Positions 10,020 through 23,255 of a stretch of DNA of 64,000 bases are shown here, piece after piece; position 1 is the first letter of the stretch, and each line of letters opens with the position of its first letter. The stretch spans positions 682,001-746,000 of the forward strand of contig ML978128.1 of NCBI GenBank assembly GCA_010015805.1, in the 5' to 3' direction. The position numbers were made by a program, and so were the translations under genes. Origin of the DNA: Rhizodiscina lignyota. Taxonomy: Eukaryota. Under the pieces are notes generated by a model. That model was not told where the DNA came from and did not search any database. It worked only from the letters and a program-made list of their open reading frames with translations.

Positions 10020-12426
10020 ATGGCGCCCTCAGCAATATACGAGAGCGCGACTCCGTCAGGGCGAAACTCGCCAAAGCCTCCGCCAAAGAAAATATGGAAT
10101 ATCAGCGAGCCACCATTCGCAGGCGCCAGGCCTGTTGACAGCTCTGGATACCAGAAAAGCTCGACAGGCACTGCGATAGTGATTGACAATGGTACTTCTG
10201 CCGCCCTTCACGCGCTGAATTAATGGATTGGGTGCTAATTGCGATTATAAGGCTCCTCCGCCGTGCGTGCAGGCTGGTCGTTTGACCAAGCGCCTCGACT
10301 ATCCATACCTCCATTCATGGCACGATACCGCGATAGAAAGCTGAATCGTACGTTCATGTTCGCTGGCTCAGACATCTACTCAGATGGAACTGCGCGTGGG
10401 CAGGCCAAGAACATCTACGAGCCTGGAAGTAATATAGTCAACAACTGGGACGTGATGGAGGGTGTACTAGACTACATATTCATCAAGATGGGCATTGAAG
10501 GCTCAAACGGAGGTATCAACCGACCAGTCGTCATGACTGAACCGGTCGCTAATTTGGGCTATGCGCGAAAGAGTTAGTTGACCCTTGTTCACCCATTTCA
10601 CTACTCAGTCTGATATTATTCAATGTACAGCCATGTCCGAGATCCTGTTCGAGTGCTATGGCGCCACCTCCGTCGCATACGGAATCGACTCTCTCTTCTC
10701 ATACAAGCAGAACAAGGGCAAAACCGGCCTTGTTGTCTCCTCATCCTACACCTCCAGCCATCTCATCCCCGTCATAGACTCGAAACCTATCCTCACCCAC
10801 GCAACGAGACTCAACTGGGGCCGATTCCAGAGCGCAGAATATCTACTCAAGCTGCTTAAGTTGAAGTATCCTTCCTTTCCGGGCAAGATAAGTGATCCTC
10901 AAGCAGAGGCCTTGGTGCGAGAGCACTGTTATATCTCTCAAGATTACGAGACGGAGATCAGTAATTTTCTCGACTGGACAGGCTTGGAGGACAGAGATCA
11001 CATCATCCAACATCCTTTCACGGAGCAAGTGGTTGTGCAGAAGAGCGAGGAAGAGCTAGCACGTCAAGCTGAGAAGCGCAAAGAGAATGGTCGACGGTTA
11101 CAAGAGCAGGCTGCCAAAATGCGCCTTGACAAGCTCATCCGGAAGGAACAAGATCTCTCTTATTACAAAGAGCTCCAGGAGAAGATTGCGCTCACCAGTA
11201 AAAAGGAAGCGAGGCGTATGCTAGAGTCTGATGACTTCGATGACGAGTCGCAACTAGATAAGAAGGTTAAGGAGCTCGAAAAGTCAATTCGAAAGGCCAG
11301 GAAGCAAGACGTGGGAGACGTAGAAGAGCCGGAAGAAGCACCCGTCTTTCCCCTCCTCGAAATTCCTGACGAAACGCTCGACGAAGAGGGCTTGAAGCAG
11401 AAGCGCCAGCAACGGCTCATGAAGTCAAATTACGACGCAAGGCAACGGGCAAAGGCTGAGAAAGAGCGAGAGAAGGCCAAGGCCGCAGAAGAGGAGAGGT
11501 TAGACAATGAGAAGCGCGAAAACAACCTGGACGGCTGGGTAGAGGAGCGCAGGGTGGCACGACAAGCAGCAATCCAGAAGATCCGCGAACGAGAAAGACT
11601 CAAAGCTGATCTTGGAAACCGCAAATCTCTTGCAAACCAGATGCGAATGAAGAGTATTGCCAATCTAGCATCGGATAATCCATCAAAAAAGCGCCGAAGA
11701 GGTGGTGACGATGACAACTTCGGTGCAGATGATGCAGACTGGGGCGTATACCGAACGATCGCTACCGGAGAACAAAGCGATGATGAAGAAGAGGAAGATC
11801 TCAATGTCACTCTCAAGAACATCGAAGCTCAGTTGCTGAAGTACGATCCCAACTTCACGGAAGAGAGCACACGTGAGGCGCAGATGGACTGGACGAAGAG
11901 TCTTATACATGCATTTCTACGCGGACCGTGGCCGTACAATCCGGAGAGCGCGCGAGAAGAGCATCAGATCCATCTTAACGTCGAACGCATCCGAGTGCCG
12001 GAAGTGGTATTCCAACCCTCCATGGCCGGACTAGATCAAGCGGGTATCGTGGAGATTGCGTCTGGCATTATCAACGAGCGGCTGGCTGAATCACCGCATC
12101 AGCAAGATATCCTCAAAGACATCTTCTTAACCGGTGGCAACGTTCTGTTCCAGGGGTTCGAGGAGAGACTCAAGAATGAGTTACGCGCGACACTACCTTC
12201 TGAGGCATCACTTCACGTCCGCACTGCTCAAGACCCGATATTGGACGCTTGGAGAGGCGCAGCGAAATGGGCTTCAGAACCTAGTTCCAAAACGGCTTTC
12301 ATAACACGTGCGGAGTTCCTTGAGAAGGGTGGAGACTATCTGAAGGTATGTACTTGCACATTCAAACTAAACTACAGCGTGGCTGACATCTTACAGGAGC
12401 ATGAATATAGCAACACTCTGAGCTAG
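10020..12426 (+). CDS. ARP5: Actin-related protein Arp5 (INO80 complex), multi-exon
   Basis: AIVIDNG/RAGW, VVMTEPVAN, EILFECYG..YGIDSLFS, long charged insertion, HLNVERIRVPEVVFQPS, FLTGG, DAWRGA. Confidence 0.95.
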
Positions 12427-13423
12427 GCTCATTTTCAATCGGAGTTTGAGGAGAACTTGCCATAGCGAGTGGGTCGATCAATGGGTATCAAATCTTCAGA
12501 AGTCATGGCATACCTTCTGAAACGTGTATATTAAGGGTTCAAAAAGCCTGTTACTGTCTTCTTTCCCCCTACTTTCGCTCTTGTAGCATCCTGCTAAGAA
12601 GACCGTGATGAGGCTTGCTCGACGTCCCACGCTGTCATCTTCATAGATAGTCCAGTCAGTTTATGCTTAGCAAAGCTATATAATCTTGAGAAAGGCCGAA
12701 AGATACTGTACTGAGCTTTCAGTGACGCTCCCGTTGGATTAGAGGAATAAAATCTATCCTCGCCTCACCGTTTCCACCTTCATCGAAGTGAATATCCTTG
12801 TCACCCTTGAGCGTGCCCGGTGGATGATGAGGCTCAATATGGATACATGCGTTGAAAGTAGCGAATCATTGCTTCCAACCTGCGGCAAATCGACCTGTTA
12901 AGATACACGGAGTTTTTCAATCAAGTAGGCTATGTTCAGGAGAGCTTTGCAATCATGACAAACATAGGCCGATGCGTAGTAAACCAAGCTTTCAGCGATG
13001 TCCTCAATTAGATTGAAGCTGTATCTCCTTTACCTTCATTGAGGCTCGTATTTTTGTTACCCCTAAATAGTAATAATCCTCGAGAGGGTCGGCCGCCTGT
13101 GTCAGCACCTTACTTGCATCTACTTCGACAAAATATCCACAACAGTTAGTTGCTCATGGTTAACTTTACAAAATTCGCACTCGTAGGGCCAATGGCACAT
13201 GAATGTAGGACTTTCGAGAGCACACAGTGCAGAATAATGGTGTGCACCTGCTTGTGCTCTTTTGTCAAACATGCCTCGGCCCCACAGCGTCCCCTGACGC
13301 TTTGTGCGAGACGATGGCATGTCAGGTGTATTTTGCGAGCAATGCATCGGTCATAGTTATTTATGGCCGAACGTCCTCGGTTTCACCGATTCCATTTTAT
13401 TTCTCTTTCTTTAAGTCTCCGTC

Positions 13424-14611
13424 ATGTCTCGAAGCATCACGAAAGGTATCCACCTGCTGGCGAAGCCAGCTTTCCAGCCACTCGTCACAGGCCCGTTACT
13501 CTACATATTATTAAGGGGACCTGAAAGTCTCCGAGAGCCTCTGGTGAAAGCCCTGAGTTCTCTTCCTGTGAGAATTACCCCGGAAAGGGCGATCACGATC
13601 TTGAAATGGTTGGTTGCGTTAGGTGCTTGGGGCAGACTCAATTCCTGGCTAAATAGTCTGGCATTGAACGCGTGGCAGATCAGGTCTCGGAAAGCTGACT
13701 GGAATTGGAATCAAGAAGTCGCTGTCGTGACGGGCGGCTGCAGTGGTATTGGAGAGGTTGTAGTAAACGGATTGACGCAGAAGGGAGTCAAGGTAGCTGT
13801 TTTGGATATCCAGCCACTTCCGGCAAGTCTGAAGGACTGTAGGTCATCGAAAGAGATATATTGCATGCACCGTATGAAGCTAACTAGTACGCTAGACGCG
13901 AATTTACAGCTCTACAAGTGCGACATCACAAATGCAGCTTCTGTAACAGAGACCGGCAAGGCTATCCGCGAGAAATGGGGACCACCATCCATCCTTGTGA
14001 ACAATGCTGGTATCGGTAGCGGTCGTAACATCCTTGACATACCAGACGAGTCTCTGCATAAGATATTTGGCGTCAATCTTCTCAGTCACTTCACAACGGT
14101 GAAGGAGTTTATGCCGGATATGATAGAGAAGAACAAAGGCCATATCGTTGCAGTGGCAAGTCTGGCCAGCTTCGTCGCCGTACCTGGCATTGCAGATTAC
14201 GCCGCAACGAAAGCTGGTGTACTCGCTTTCCATGAAGGTGAGTATACATTTATCCATTTACCTGTAACGCACACTGACCAAGAACTACCACTAGCGTTGA
14301 ATCAAGAAATTAAGCATCGATATAACACACCAGGTATTCTTACCACTATAATCCATCCCAATTGGACAAGCACCCCCCTTATCAGGAAATGGGAAGACCA
14401 GATCCGAAAAGCCTCAGGGCCGTTGCTGAAAGCAGAAGATGTTGGCAACTCCATTGTCAACCAGATATTTCAATGTCGCGGCGCTCAAATCATCATTCCA
14501 AGGAATGCTGCACTAATAAGTGGGATTCGCGGATGGCCAAACTGGATGCAGGAAAAGCTCAGAGACGGCATTGGACGCGTCAGAGTGAAATATCGACCGT
14601 CGGAAGGTTGA
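13424..14611 (+). CDS. Short-chain dehydrogenase/reductase (retinol dehydrogenase-like, membrane-anchored), likely 2 in-frame introns
   Basis: VTGGCSGIG Rossmann motif, LVNNAG, YAATK catalytic YxxxK. Confidence 0.9.
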   Translation: MSRSITKGIHLLAKPAFQPLVTGPLLYILLRGPESLREPLVKALSSLPVRITPERAITILKWLVALGAWGRLNSWLNSLALNAWQIRSRKADWNWNQEVAVVTGGCSGIGEVVVNGLTQKGVKVAVLDIQPLPASLKDCRSSKEIYCMHRMKLTSTLDANLQLYKCDITNAASVTETGKAIREKWGPPSILVNNAGIGSGRNILDIPDESLHKIFGVNLLSHFTTVKEFMPDMIEKNKGHIVAVASLASFVAVPGIADYAATKAGVLAFHEGEYTFIHLPVTHTDQELPLALNQEIKHRYNTPGILTTIIHPNWTSTPLIRKWEDQIRKASGPLLKAEDVGNSIVNQIFQCRGAQIIIPRNAALISGIRGWPNWMQEKLRDGIGRVRVKYRPSEG

Positions 14612-14842
14612 AACATGACGGATGCTAGGGTACCGCGTCGGTGGTGCACGAGTGACAGGCGTTCTGAGGTTTAGCTTGCTGGTGCAGATGCAGAATATAC
14701 CAGAAGGAATACGAATGAACTGAGGAAATCGCTTGATTTCTAGAAAGCCATCATATGCACTACGCCGTTTGTCCAAACGGACATGTGCCACAGCCTGCCA
14801 TATGCAATACCCATGAAACGAGACGCTCGACCTCTGCCACCC

Positions 14843-15455
14843 TTAACGGTACGACTTTTGGTATCTCGCTCTTGCACCTGGACCGCCGAACTTCTTGGGC
14901 TCGCATCGCCTGTTGTCCGCCACCAACAGAGTCCTGTCGTACTGTACCAACGCCTGCTTCAGCTGGTTCTTCGAGTGCTCGTCGACGTATTTCTGGTAGT
15001 ATGCGATGATTGACTTGGCAATGGCCTGTCGGACTGCGTAGATCTGAGATGTGTGACCACCACCGGTCACACGGACACGGATGTCCACATTCGCTTTAAA
15101 ACTATCAGTATATATCTCCCACCAACTTTCGCATATCCAACGCACCGAACTTGTCAAGGCCAAGGATGAGGAGAGGTTCGTAGACTTTGAATCGGAGGAT
15201 TTGAGGCTCAACGAGGTAGAGCGGCTTGCCGTTGACCTTGACGAGGCCCTTGCCGGCTTTGCAGTGTGCGACAGCTAGAATAGAGAATCTTGTTAGTATT
15301 GCGCAATGGTCCTCATGATGCGTGCTCGAGCAACGTTGTCGTACCTGTCGCGGTCTTCTTCTTGCCGAACTGATTTGCGCGTCAGTATATCAAACTTCAA
15401 GGTGGGAGATTCAGTAAATGCAACTTACGCATTGGACACTCTGCGTCGAAGACAT
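14843..15455 (-). CDS. RPS16: 40S ribosomal protein S16 (uS9), multi-exon
   Basis: MSSTQSVQC / FGKKKTAT / [16 protein letters not shown] ... [24 protein letters not shown] ... [19 protein letters not shown]. Confidence 0.97.
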
Positions 15456-15916
15456 GCTGGGCAATTTGTCTTCTGCGGAATGTGAAGTGCTGCTTGATGT
15501 TGACTTGAGTCGTTGATGGCGGTGCCTCGAATTGATTTTCGAAGTGTGCAGTCTTGGCACCCCATACCTGCAACTCGGGAGCCAGATATTCCGATGCCGG
15601 CCAAGCAGTCTCGGCAAATCTTCGGTTTCATCTGATCTCTCATGATGCTGTTGTGCTGAAAACCGTATTTGAGACCCCTGTGAATAACAGCAACAACGTT
15701 TGTGAGAGAATATAATCATATTGTACGGTCCTATGGGATCATGAAATTTTACCTTCCGTTGTACTTTTTACCTTACAATTGAAACTGGCGGTGCTATTGT
15801 CGGCTGAAGTTGGGCTTTCCAGCATACTTTTCTCGCTTGCCACCTAGCTCCTTGCACAATTTAGAGATCGAACTCTTTGCCTATCGTCCTCCTTAAATAT
15901 ATTCTACAAGCTTTCA

Positions 15917-16966
15917 ATGATATATGCATTGGGATCGAATGGAGCCGGTCAGCTGGCAACTGGAAATTCCGAAGACGCCCACTCTCCCACTCTGACGAGC
16001 TTCCCTCGTACCTCAGATGGGATTCAGAGCATTGTAGCAGGCGGCAACCATACAGTCGTTCTTTGCAAATCAGGAGAGGCCTATGCTACCGGCGAAAATG
16101 TAGACGGCCGGTGCGGTATTCCATTTCAATCTTGCGATGACAAAACGAACATCACAACCTTTCAACAAAGTAATGGCATAGAGCAAAATACGACATGGAA
16201 ACTATGCTCTGCCACTTGGGAGAGTACGACCTTTGTCTCTGAGCAGAATGAAGTCTACTCTTGCGGCACCGGAAATAAAGGGGAGCTCGGCCTCGGAGAG
16301 AATATCACATCATCAACAACCTTGCAGTTAATTCCCAACTTTCCTCCGAAAGGACTTCAAGTCATAGCTTTAGCTGCAAGTATGAACCATACTCTGGCGG
16401 TCTTATCAAATGGAGAGGTCTATGGATGGGGAAATGGGCGGAAAGGCCAGCTTGGTCAACCTGCAATGATTCATTGGACTCCATGCAAGATAGCAAATAT
16501 TCCATTTGAAGCTATCAATGCCGTATGTGGGCGGGACTTTTCGTACATTGTTGGCCCGCCAGAAACTGGTCAGCACCTCATTTTGGGAGCAGACAAGTGG
16601 AGTCTTATTTCCCAAGCTCCGAAGACACTTCCTCCTTGGATGCAGATTGGTGCAAGCTGGGGTAGCATCTTTGTCCTCCTCAAGTCTGGTCAATTGCTAT
16701 CATGGGGCAGGAATGATCATGGCCAGCTTGGTCCAGATAATCTAGCCCCTCTTGAAAAGATAGCTGTGGGAAGTGAACATGCATTGGCTTTGACGAACTC
16801 TGGCAAAGTCTTAGCCTGGGGTTGGGGAGAACATGGCAATTGCGGAGAACCTACCGAAAGCAATGGCGACGTCAAGGGTCGCTGGAATGAATTGGCCGTC
16901 GACAAGCGATGCGTAGCAATCGGAGCTGGCTGTGCGACAAGCTGGCTCGTATGCGCGGATGGATGA
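15917..16966 (+). CDS. RCC1-repeat protein, Ats1/Kti13-like
   Basis: Repeated GxNxxGQLG / GWG motifs; N-terminus YALGSNGAGQL and C-terminus WGWGEHGNCG...GAGCATSW resemble Ats1. Confidence 0.8.
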   Translation: MIYALGSNGAGQLATGNSEDAHSPTLTSFPRTSDGIQSIVAGGNHTVVLCKSGEAYATGENVDGRCGIPFQSCDDKTNITTFQQSNGIEQNTTWKLCSATWESTTFVSEQNEVYSCGTGNKGELGLGENITSSTTLQLIPNFPPKGLQVIALAASMNHTLAVLSNGEVYGWGNGRKGQLGQPAMIHWTPCKIANIPFEAINAVCGRDFSYIVGPPETGQHLILGADKWSLISQAPKTLPPWMQIGASWGSIFVLLKSGQLLSWGRNDHGQLGPDNLAPLEKIAVGSEHALALTNSGKVLAWGWGEHGNCGEPTESNGDVKGRWNELAVDKRCVAIGAGCATSWLVCADG

Positions 16967-16997
16967 TTCGGAGTCTTCATTTCTGGATCGTATATGC

Positions 16998-18627
16998 TCA
17001 CCACAAGCCTTTTATCTGTCGAAAAGTCAGTGGAACGGGTCGTACGGAGGATACTACACGCGTACCTGAGACATTCGCTGAGTTGGTTCCAAGGCATCAG
17101 GTCCAGGAGCTTCATACGATGCTGTTCGAGCTGGAGTTGCAGTGTCCTTGAATCCGGGTTGGAAGGCATCCTGCTAAAACGTAAGGATCCAGAGCAACAG
17201 ACTGGATTAGACGAAATGCTTACATTATCTGCGCTGGCGTCCCAACCAAGAGTTTCTCCTTCATCAAGATTAGCGGGATCCCATTGATGGTCTTCTTCGT
17301 CTTGCTGAACGAAGAGGCTGTCGGGGTCTAGGTTCCGTTGCTGGACGCCCTGAGATGGTGTTGCGGTGCCCGATGTACCGGCCCGACCCAGCGTCTTGCG
17401 AGTATTGGGCACAGGAGGAGGTGGCATTTGAGCGGAAGCCTTCTTTGCGGTATTTGCTCTTTCTTGAACAGCAGGGGCCTTCTCTGGTTTCTTCGCAGTC
17501 CTCGTCTGCATTTGATGGGTATTTGCAGGTACCGGAGCCGGAGCCGTTCTTCCATCTTGGATCGTCATGAGAGTAAAGGAACACTCCATTCCCCCGCTAC
17601 CGTACTGAAACTGCAGCGGCCGTCCAGGTCTGGAGAAGAAAGCATTGAATTGGCAACGCAATGTTTCCGCGTGGCTGACAATGGCTTTGAAGTCCTTGAC
17701 GCTTATGGTGATGTGCAGCTGTGCTTGAGCGGAGAGCTCGTCGAAGTCAGCTGCATTTAGCGTCACTGCGGTTTGGAGTGGATGCTTCAAAATCTCTACA
17801 AGTTCATTAGCTCTTGTAGCAGGCTCCTATCGAGAGGGTGTCACCTCTGTTGGCGTTGACAATCTTCTCAGTGAAACTGGTGAAAGTGACCTGATGGTCC
17901 TCAAAGCAGAAGTCAAGATGTTCGGTTTTCGGACCAAAGTAATCTATAAACTCTCTTAGATACGATGATTTGATGCTCCAGCGATTATTTGCGTTCTGCT
18001 TGTCGAATAGAGCGTGCATGACCTCAACCGACTCATACGTCAGCCGATACGTCTTTGTCACACCTATTTGAAGCATTAGCCGTGAAAGGTAGACAAGTAC
18101 TGAGAAATGAAAGCCTTATACCCTGATCGCATATCATCTTGATGATCAGACGGCACTGGGCTTGGTTTGGGCGGTCTTGCAAGCTGACTTCGCACCGATC
18201 GATGGCCGTGTCTCCCTTTCGCGGATCAAACAAGCGGCCCTTGAATACGGAAAGAAGCGCCTGATATACATTAGAGGAGCTAATCTATCGACATTAACGA
18301 TGCCACTGACCTTGCTAGTAATCTCGCATGTAAACCGTCCATTATCGCCCGCTGCGGGGGCGGGAGTGAAGTTGTATGAATCAAAGAACTCTGGTCCTTG
18401 CAGCACAAAAGAAGCATATCCAGACTTTGCCAGATTCAACGCGGAGAGTGTGAGCTGTGACTGAAGTCAAAATCCCTGGAAACAAAGCAGAAGTTCCTGG
18501 ATAATTGGCCTACTCTTTCCTGCCTGGCTTCTAGCGCAACGACGTCGCTGAAATTTTTCATGCAGATCAAGGCATCGTGGAGGCGTGCACACGCCTCCGG
18601 CGTCAGGCTGAAGTCCAGCTGTACCAT
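16998..18627 (-). CDS. RAD9: 9-1-1 checkpoint clamp subunit Rad9 (Ddc1 family), multi-exon
   Basis: LHDALICM..FSD.V.LEA, ALNLAKSGYASF, GVTKTYRLTYE, LQTAVTL..DF, ISVKDFKAIVSHAE, FSRPGRPLQF; terminal exons give ...LEPTQRMSQIKGLW*. Confidence 0.9.
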
Positions 18628-18669
18628 CGTCCTAGCCGTATTTGATGGTGACGATGGGGTGGTGAATGG

Positions 18670-18690
18670 ACGCGTCGCTGGGAGACGCGA
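18670..18690. promoter_or_regulatory. MCB-like elements upstream of RAD9
   Basis: ACGCGT at 18670-18675 and a second ACGCGA ~15 nt away, ~45 nt upstream of the RAD9 ATG. Confidence 0.35.
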
Positions 18691-18973
18691 CTGGAAATCC
18701 TCGGTGGCAGCGAATCATCGACGTCACCCTCCCCTTCCCGCCTGGACGACACCATAGCAAAATACAACAACACATTATCATATTATCGATTCAAGACAGC
18801 AGGTTCATCCAGCGGATAGTTCTGCTATTACGTCACGTGTGGCAATCCTCATTGAATAAAATTTGGCGCGTCGTTGCGGGAGTAGCAGTTGCTCTTGAGC
18901 CACCGGTCAGGCAGCTCATATCGTCGCGTATGAAGCTACAGGTATTGAACAAGCTCAGAAAACCCCTGTAACA

Positions 18974-20776
18974 ATGACAGTCGGGCTGCCGGACGATATT
19001 TTACATCTCGTTTGCGATGAGCTATCCGAGCAACGGGATTTTGCCACATTGTTCGAATGTGCTTCGTCGTCCAAGCGGCTTGCCATACCCGCGTTGAGCG
19101 CGCTGTATCGGTACGCTTTATGCATGATCAATCTACAGGAATATCTACTCACAATATCACAGAGCTCAACATGCTGCACCTGTCAAAGGAGGGAGCGAGT
19201 CATCGCCTACGATGGCCGAGCGACTGCTCGTCATTCAGAAATGGTCCATCCTCTGGCGTTCCATAGTCTTGTCGAGCCTAAGCAAGACCCTGTTCCCCTA
19301 TTGCAAGTACATCAAAGTACTTGACTTTCGGGATCTGAACTACATGTTTGAAGACGATATGTTCAGAGGTCAGGTGGCACAGTAAGTCTTTCTCTACTAA
19401 TACCGTTTGATATGATTAACGTAACGCAGAACATTCTTCGGCGGGGACCTTTCGAAATACCACAAGGTCCAGGATACGCCTTCAAAAGCCCGTTTACGCG
19501 GTCGAGCTCCGCTGCTGGACAGGACATCCATCATCGACGCGATCGGTGAAGACGTTACTCTGCAGACTCATATGGCCGAGCAGATCACAGGTCCAATCCT
19601 TGCAAGTGCACTTGTACGATGGATTCCACGCCTGCCTCGTTTGCGGTCTCTCCAGCTCTGGGACGGTGCCGCATTGGGCGATGAACGCGTTGCCAACCTC
19701 ATCACTGTGCACTGTCCAGAGTTTGATGATCTGAGCATTTACCAGTGGGACGGAGACGACACTGACCACAAGCTCTCGGTCTTCATTGCTGGTCTGCCAT
19801 CAAATCATCTCCACGGCTTTGAAACCATTAGCAAAACCGGCATTGCGGCAGAGAGTTTCCTCTCTTTGAATAGCCACGCGGACTCTCTCCGGGATCTCAA
19901 GCTCGCTATTGGTGCAGACGCTGTTCCGCACCTTGGCTTGCTAAAAGGATGCACCAACCTCGAACTTTTGGACATCGTAGACGGCAGCGGCACCATCGAC
20001 ATTGAGAAGACACAGAACGACGTGTTTCTCGAGATGATCGTGTGGCTGCGTGACTGCCACAAATTACGCGAGCTGAATTTCACCAAGTTCCTGTCCGCTG
20101 CCGCGCTTCTGGCGCAAGTACTCGGGGACCAGAATATCCGCCTCGAGCATTTAAAGCTTGACTCTTACCTTGTGAAGGACCAGAGAGATTTCCATCTAGC
20201 GTTGACCCACCAAACGAATCTAATCTCGCTGAACCTGGAAGGCAATAGTGATACCATCACCTTTGACGACCGAAGCACTTTCGTAGACTCCCTCAGCCAT
20301 CTGAAAGAGCTGCGCGACCTGAAGCTTGTCTTCCGATCAGACGAAGTCGATCTCCTCACCGACCCCGAAATCAGCACGCTAGTAGAGAATCTTCCGAATC
20401 TCCAGGAGCTGTACATCAGCGGGTACGGTGTTACTGACGCAGTACTGGAGAAGATGAGCGGCCTTCGCTCCCTACGTAGCGTGAACTTTTTCGCAGTCAC
20501 AACGTTCACGATTGACGGCCTACTCGACTTTGTCGACAAACTTGGACCGGGCAACCAAGGGCTTTCGGTCGTCATAGACATGGCTGATCCTGAGTCTGCT
20601 CTGACGGAAGAGGAGCAGAATTTGGTGAGAGAAGCGTTGGTGGCGAAGGTTGGAGGCAGGCTTGAGTACCAGCTGCTGAGAGGTAATTCACACCGCATCC
20701 CAGGAACAAATCTGCTGAATGACTAATTGATCCAGACTATGACGCGTTCTACAATTCGGACGAGGACTCAGATTGA
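18974..20776 (+). CDS. F-box-like / RNI-like leucine-rich repeat protein, multi-exon
   Basis: N-terminal LPDDILHLVCDEL F-box-like motif; LRR units such as LPRLRSLQL, LKELRDLKL, LPNLQELYISG. Confidence 0.8.
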
Positions 20777-21070
20777 TGTCTCGAAATAGGGTTTTTAGCG
20801 ATAGATAGTTCGCTGGCATATGGTTGGAGAATATGATGTTTTCAGGTATCGTTGGACACATGGGTAATTGGGTTGTGTTTTGAGTAGTTGGAGGGTGTAT
20901 TAAAAGTTAATTGGTGGCATATTGGATTGCGCTAAGCTTAGCATCAACTCATGAAGAGAGCGCAGGTGGAGGAGTGGAGTGAAAGTTAAGGCTGGAATCA
21001 TACTGTAACCCGGAATGCAAGGATGAATGAGCATCTTCAAAATCGTACTCGTACAAAATAAGTATTGGTG

Positions 21071-23255
21071 CTATGCATAGCGAAACAATAATTCCCCTTG
21101 GGGATCCGTAAAACTTCGCCGTCCATGAATCTTCATGGCGCTCTCTCGCCTCGACGGTTTTTTCAGCACTCTGTTGACGTTCCTGGCATTGATCGACGCC
21201 AGCGGTCGATTCGTTGCGACTTTCCCCGCTTCAATCCCTGCTTCAATCCCTCTGTCCGGTACCAGCAGCTTCTCCGAAAGATGGCGAACGTACTTCTCAA
21301 ACTTGAACCTCATCGTTCGCCACGCCTCGGCCTCGTTCGTACCTTTCTTGATATGGCGCCCCTGCTCAAGCCACGCGATCGACTCCAAGACGTTGTTGCA
21401 CACGTCCAGCAAATGCTTTCGTTCGTGACCGTGAAAATTTCGGACGGCGTCCGCACCGTTGCCGTTCACTTTCTTCAACACGGCGACGTCAGTGTCGTGA
21501 ATCGCTCTGATTACTGCTTTGGGCTGCTTGCTTTCCAGAGCAAGCTTGACGTAGGTATTCAGGGGGTGAAAGTCCGGGTAGTCGAGTCGCTCTGCCATGA
21601 GAGTGATGAGAGTAACTGCATGTTCTACAGCCTGGGCGTTCTTCACATTCCTGGCGCATGCGCTCATCGCGATACGGAACGTCTTTGGCAGCGGTATCGC
21701 GTCTCTCATATCGTTCTGGACGAGGCGCATCGCTTGCCCACTGCTTTTATTCTGGCGCAAGATCCGCAGATAGAAGTTGAAATTGTCGTTGTCCGGCTTG
21801 ATGTTGAACCAGGTAGACTCGGTGAATAGCTTCCAATACCCGTCGGCCGCCTTCTTGTTGGTCAGCTTTAGGCACGCTTCAAGAACCAGAGACAGTGTGT
21901 TATTCGTAGGATGGGCGAATATGAGGTTGCCCGCATGATCTTTGCGAGCGTGATCAAACTCCTGGCCCCGACTCGACAAACTCTCGTCAGGCATATCAGC
22001 TTCCATTTCCGCCAGAATCACGCTGGGATCATTGAGGGTGGGCGCGGCGTGACTGTGTGCTGGTGTCCCCAGACGAGGAACCACTCTTTGCACGTTTTCG
22101 GTCTGCTCCAAGAGCGAGAGGATATCATCCCAGTCGCGGGGGCGCCAAGAGAGTAGCAATAGGCGGCCCATAGCACAAACCAGAGTATCGTGCATCGCGA
22201 GCTCCATCTTGCGCCATTGCTCCACAATATCGACCCATATCCTACGACCTTGCAGGACTGCTCGATCGAAATGCCGCGCGGCTTCTGCGTCATTCGAGTT
22301 GGACGGCAGGCTCTCGATCGCATGCCTCTGTATGGCATTTAGGATTATGTTATAGGTGATACTGTCCGGCCGTGGCCCGCTCTTGCCAATCGTCGATACC
22401 ACGCCCCATAATGCGTCCATGTCTCCTGCGCGTGCGCAAGCCTTCACGACCATGTTCAAGTGTATTGGAGTGGGTTTGGTTCGTGCATTGTCGGCGAACA
22501 TGGAATGGTATATCGAAACGGCCTTGGGTACGCTTGATGGCTGGTGGGAAACACTTCCAAGGCCACGGAGGAGATGCATGTAGGTATAGGAGTCTGGCCA
22601 TTGCGCCCGCTTCTTCATCTGCAAGGTCGTCAGTAACTACTTGGAATGGACATTTAGAGGACCGGAAAGTACCAACCTCATTGTAAATCTTCAGAGCCGT
22701 ACTCATCTTTCCATTATTCAAACACCATACAATCAGACTGTTCCAGCTCACCACACAGTTCATTGATTTACTCGCATACTGAACCAACGCATAGGCTTGC
22801 GGAAGGTCATTTTTTTTCAACAGTCTGTTGATATGATCCGAAAACTTCAAAGGGTCGACTAGATATTGCATCGTCGACCTTAATTCTCTCTCATTTATGT
22901 TTGCCGGCTCAACTAAGACCGCAGCTTTCCACTTCTTCTTCTCCGCCACGTCCAACGAGGGTGAAGGTACAACCTCTCGAGCATGCCGTCGGTTTTCCTT
23001 TATATTCTGCTCGTGCATCTGCAGATATCTTGATTCCCGCGTCCCACTTCCGCTTCGAAAGGAAAGGAGTGAGGGTACAGTGGACGGAGAATGTCTCTCG
23101 ACGGCTGTTGAACGCCATCGGTACTGGGTGCCGGAGGAAGGTAGTGGACGACGAGGCCGAAAGGAGCGATAGTGGGAGGCATTTTGACGAACGATATCTG
23201 TGTCCCGAGCGATTGCTCTTATGGCCCGCCAGAAACAGGCATGGCACTCGAGCAT
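21071..23255 (-). CDS. Pentatricopeptide repeat (PPR) protein, probably mitochondrial; 2 exons
   Basis: VVSWNSLIVWCLNNGKMSTALKIYNE|MKKRAQWPDSYTY, PDSITYNIILNA PPR motifs; Arg-rich N-terminus. Confidence 0.88.

Noticed and set aside
12605..12714. Possible C/D snoRNA (GTGATGA...CTGA)
   Set aside because: No terminal stem or recognisable rRNA guide; the motifs are short enough to occur by chance.
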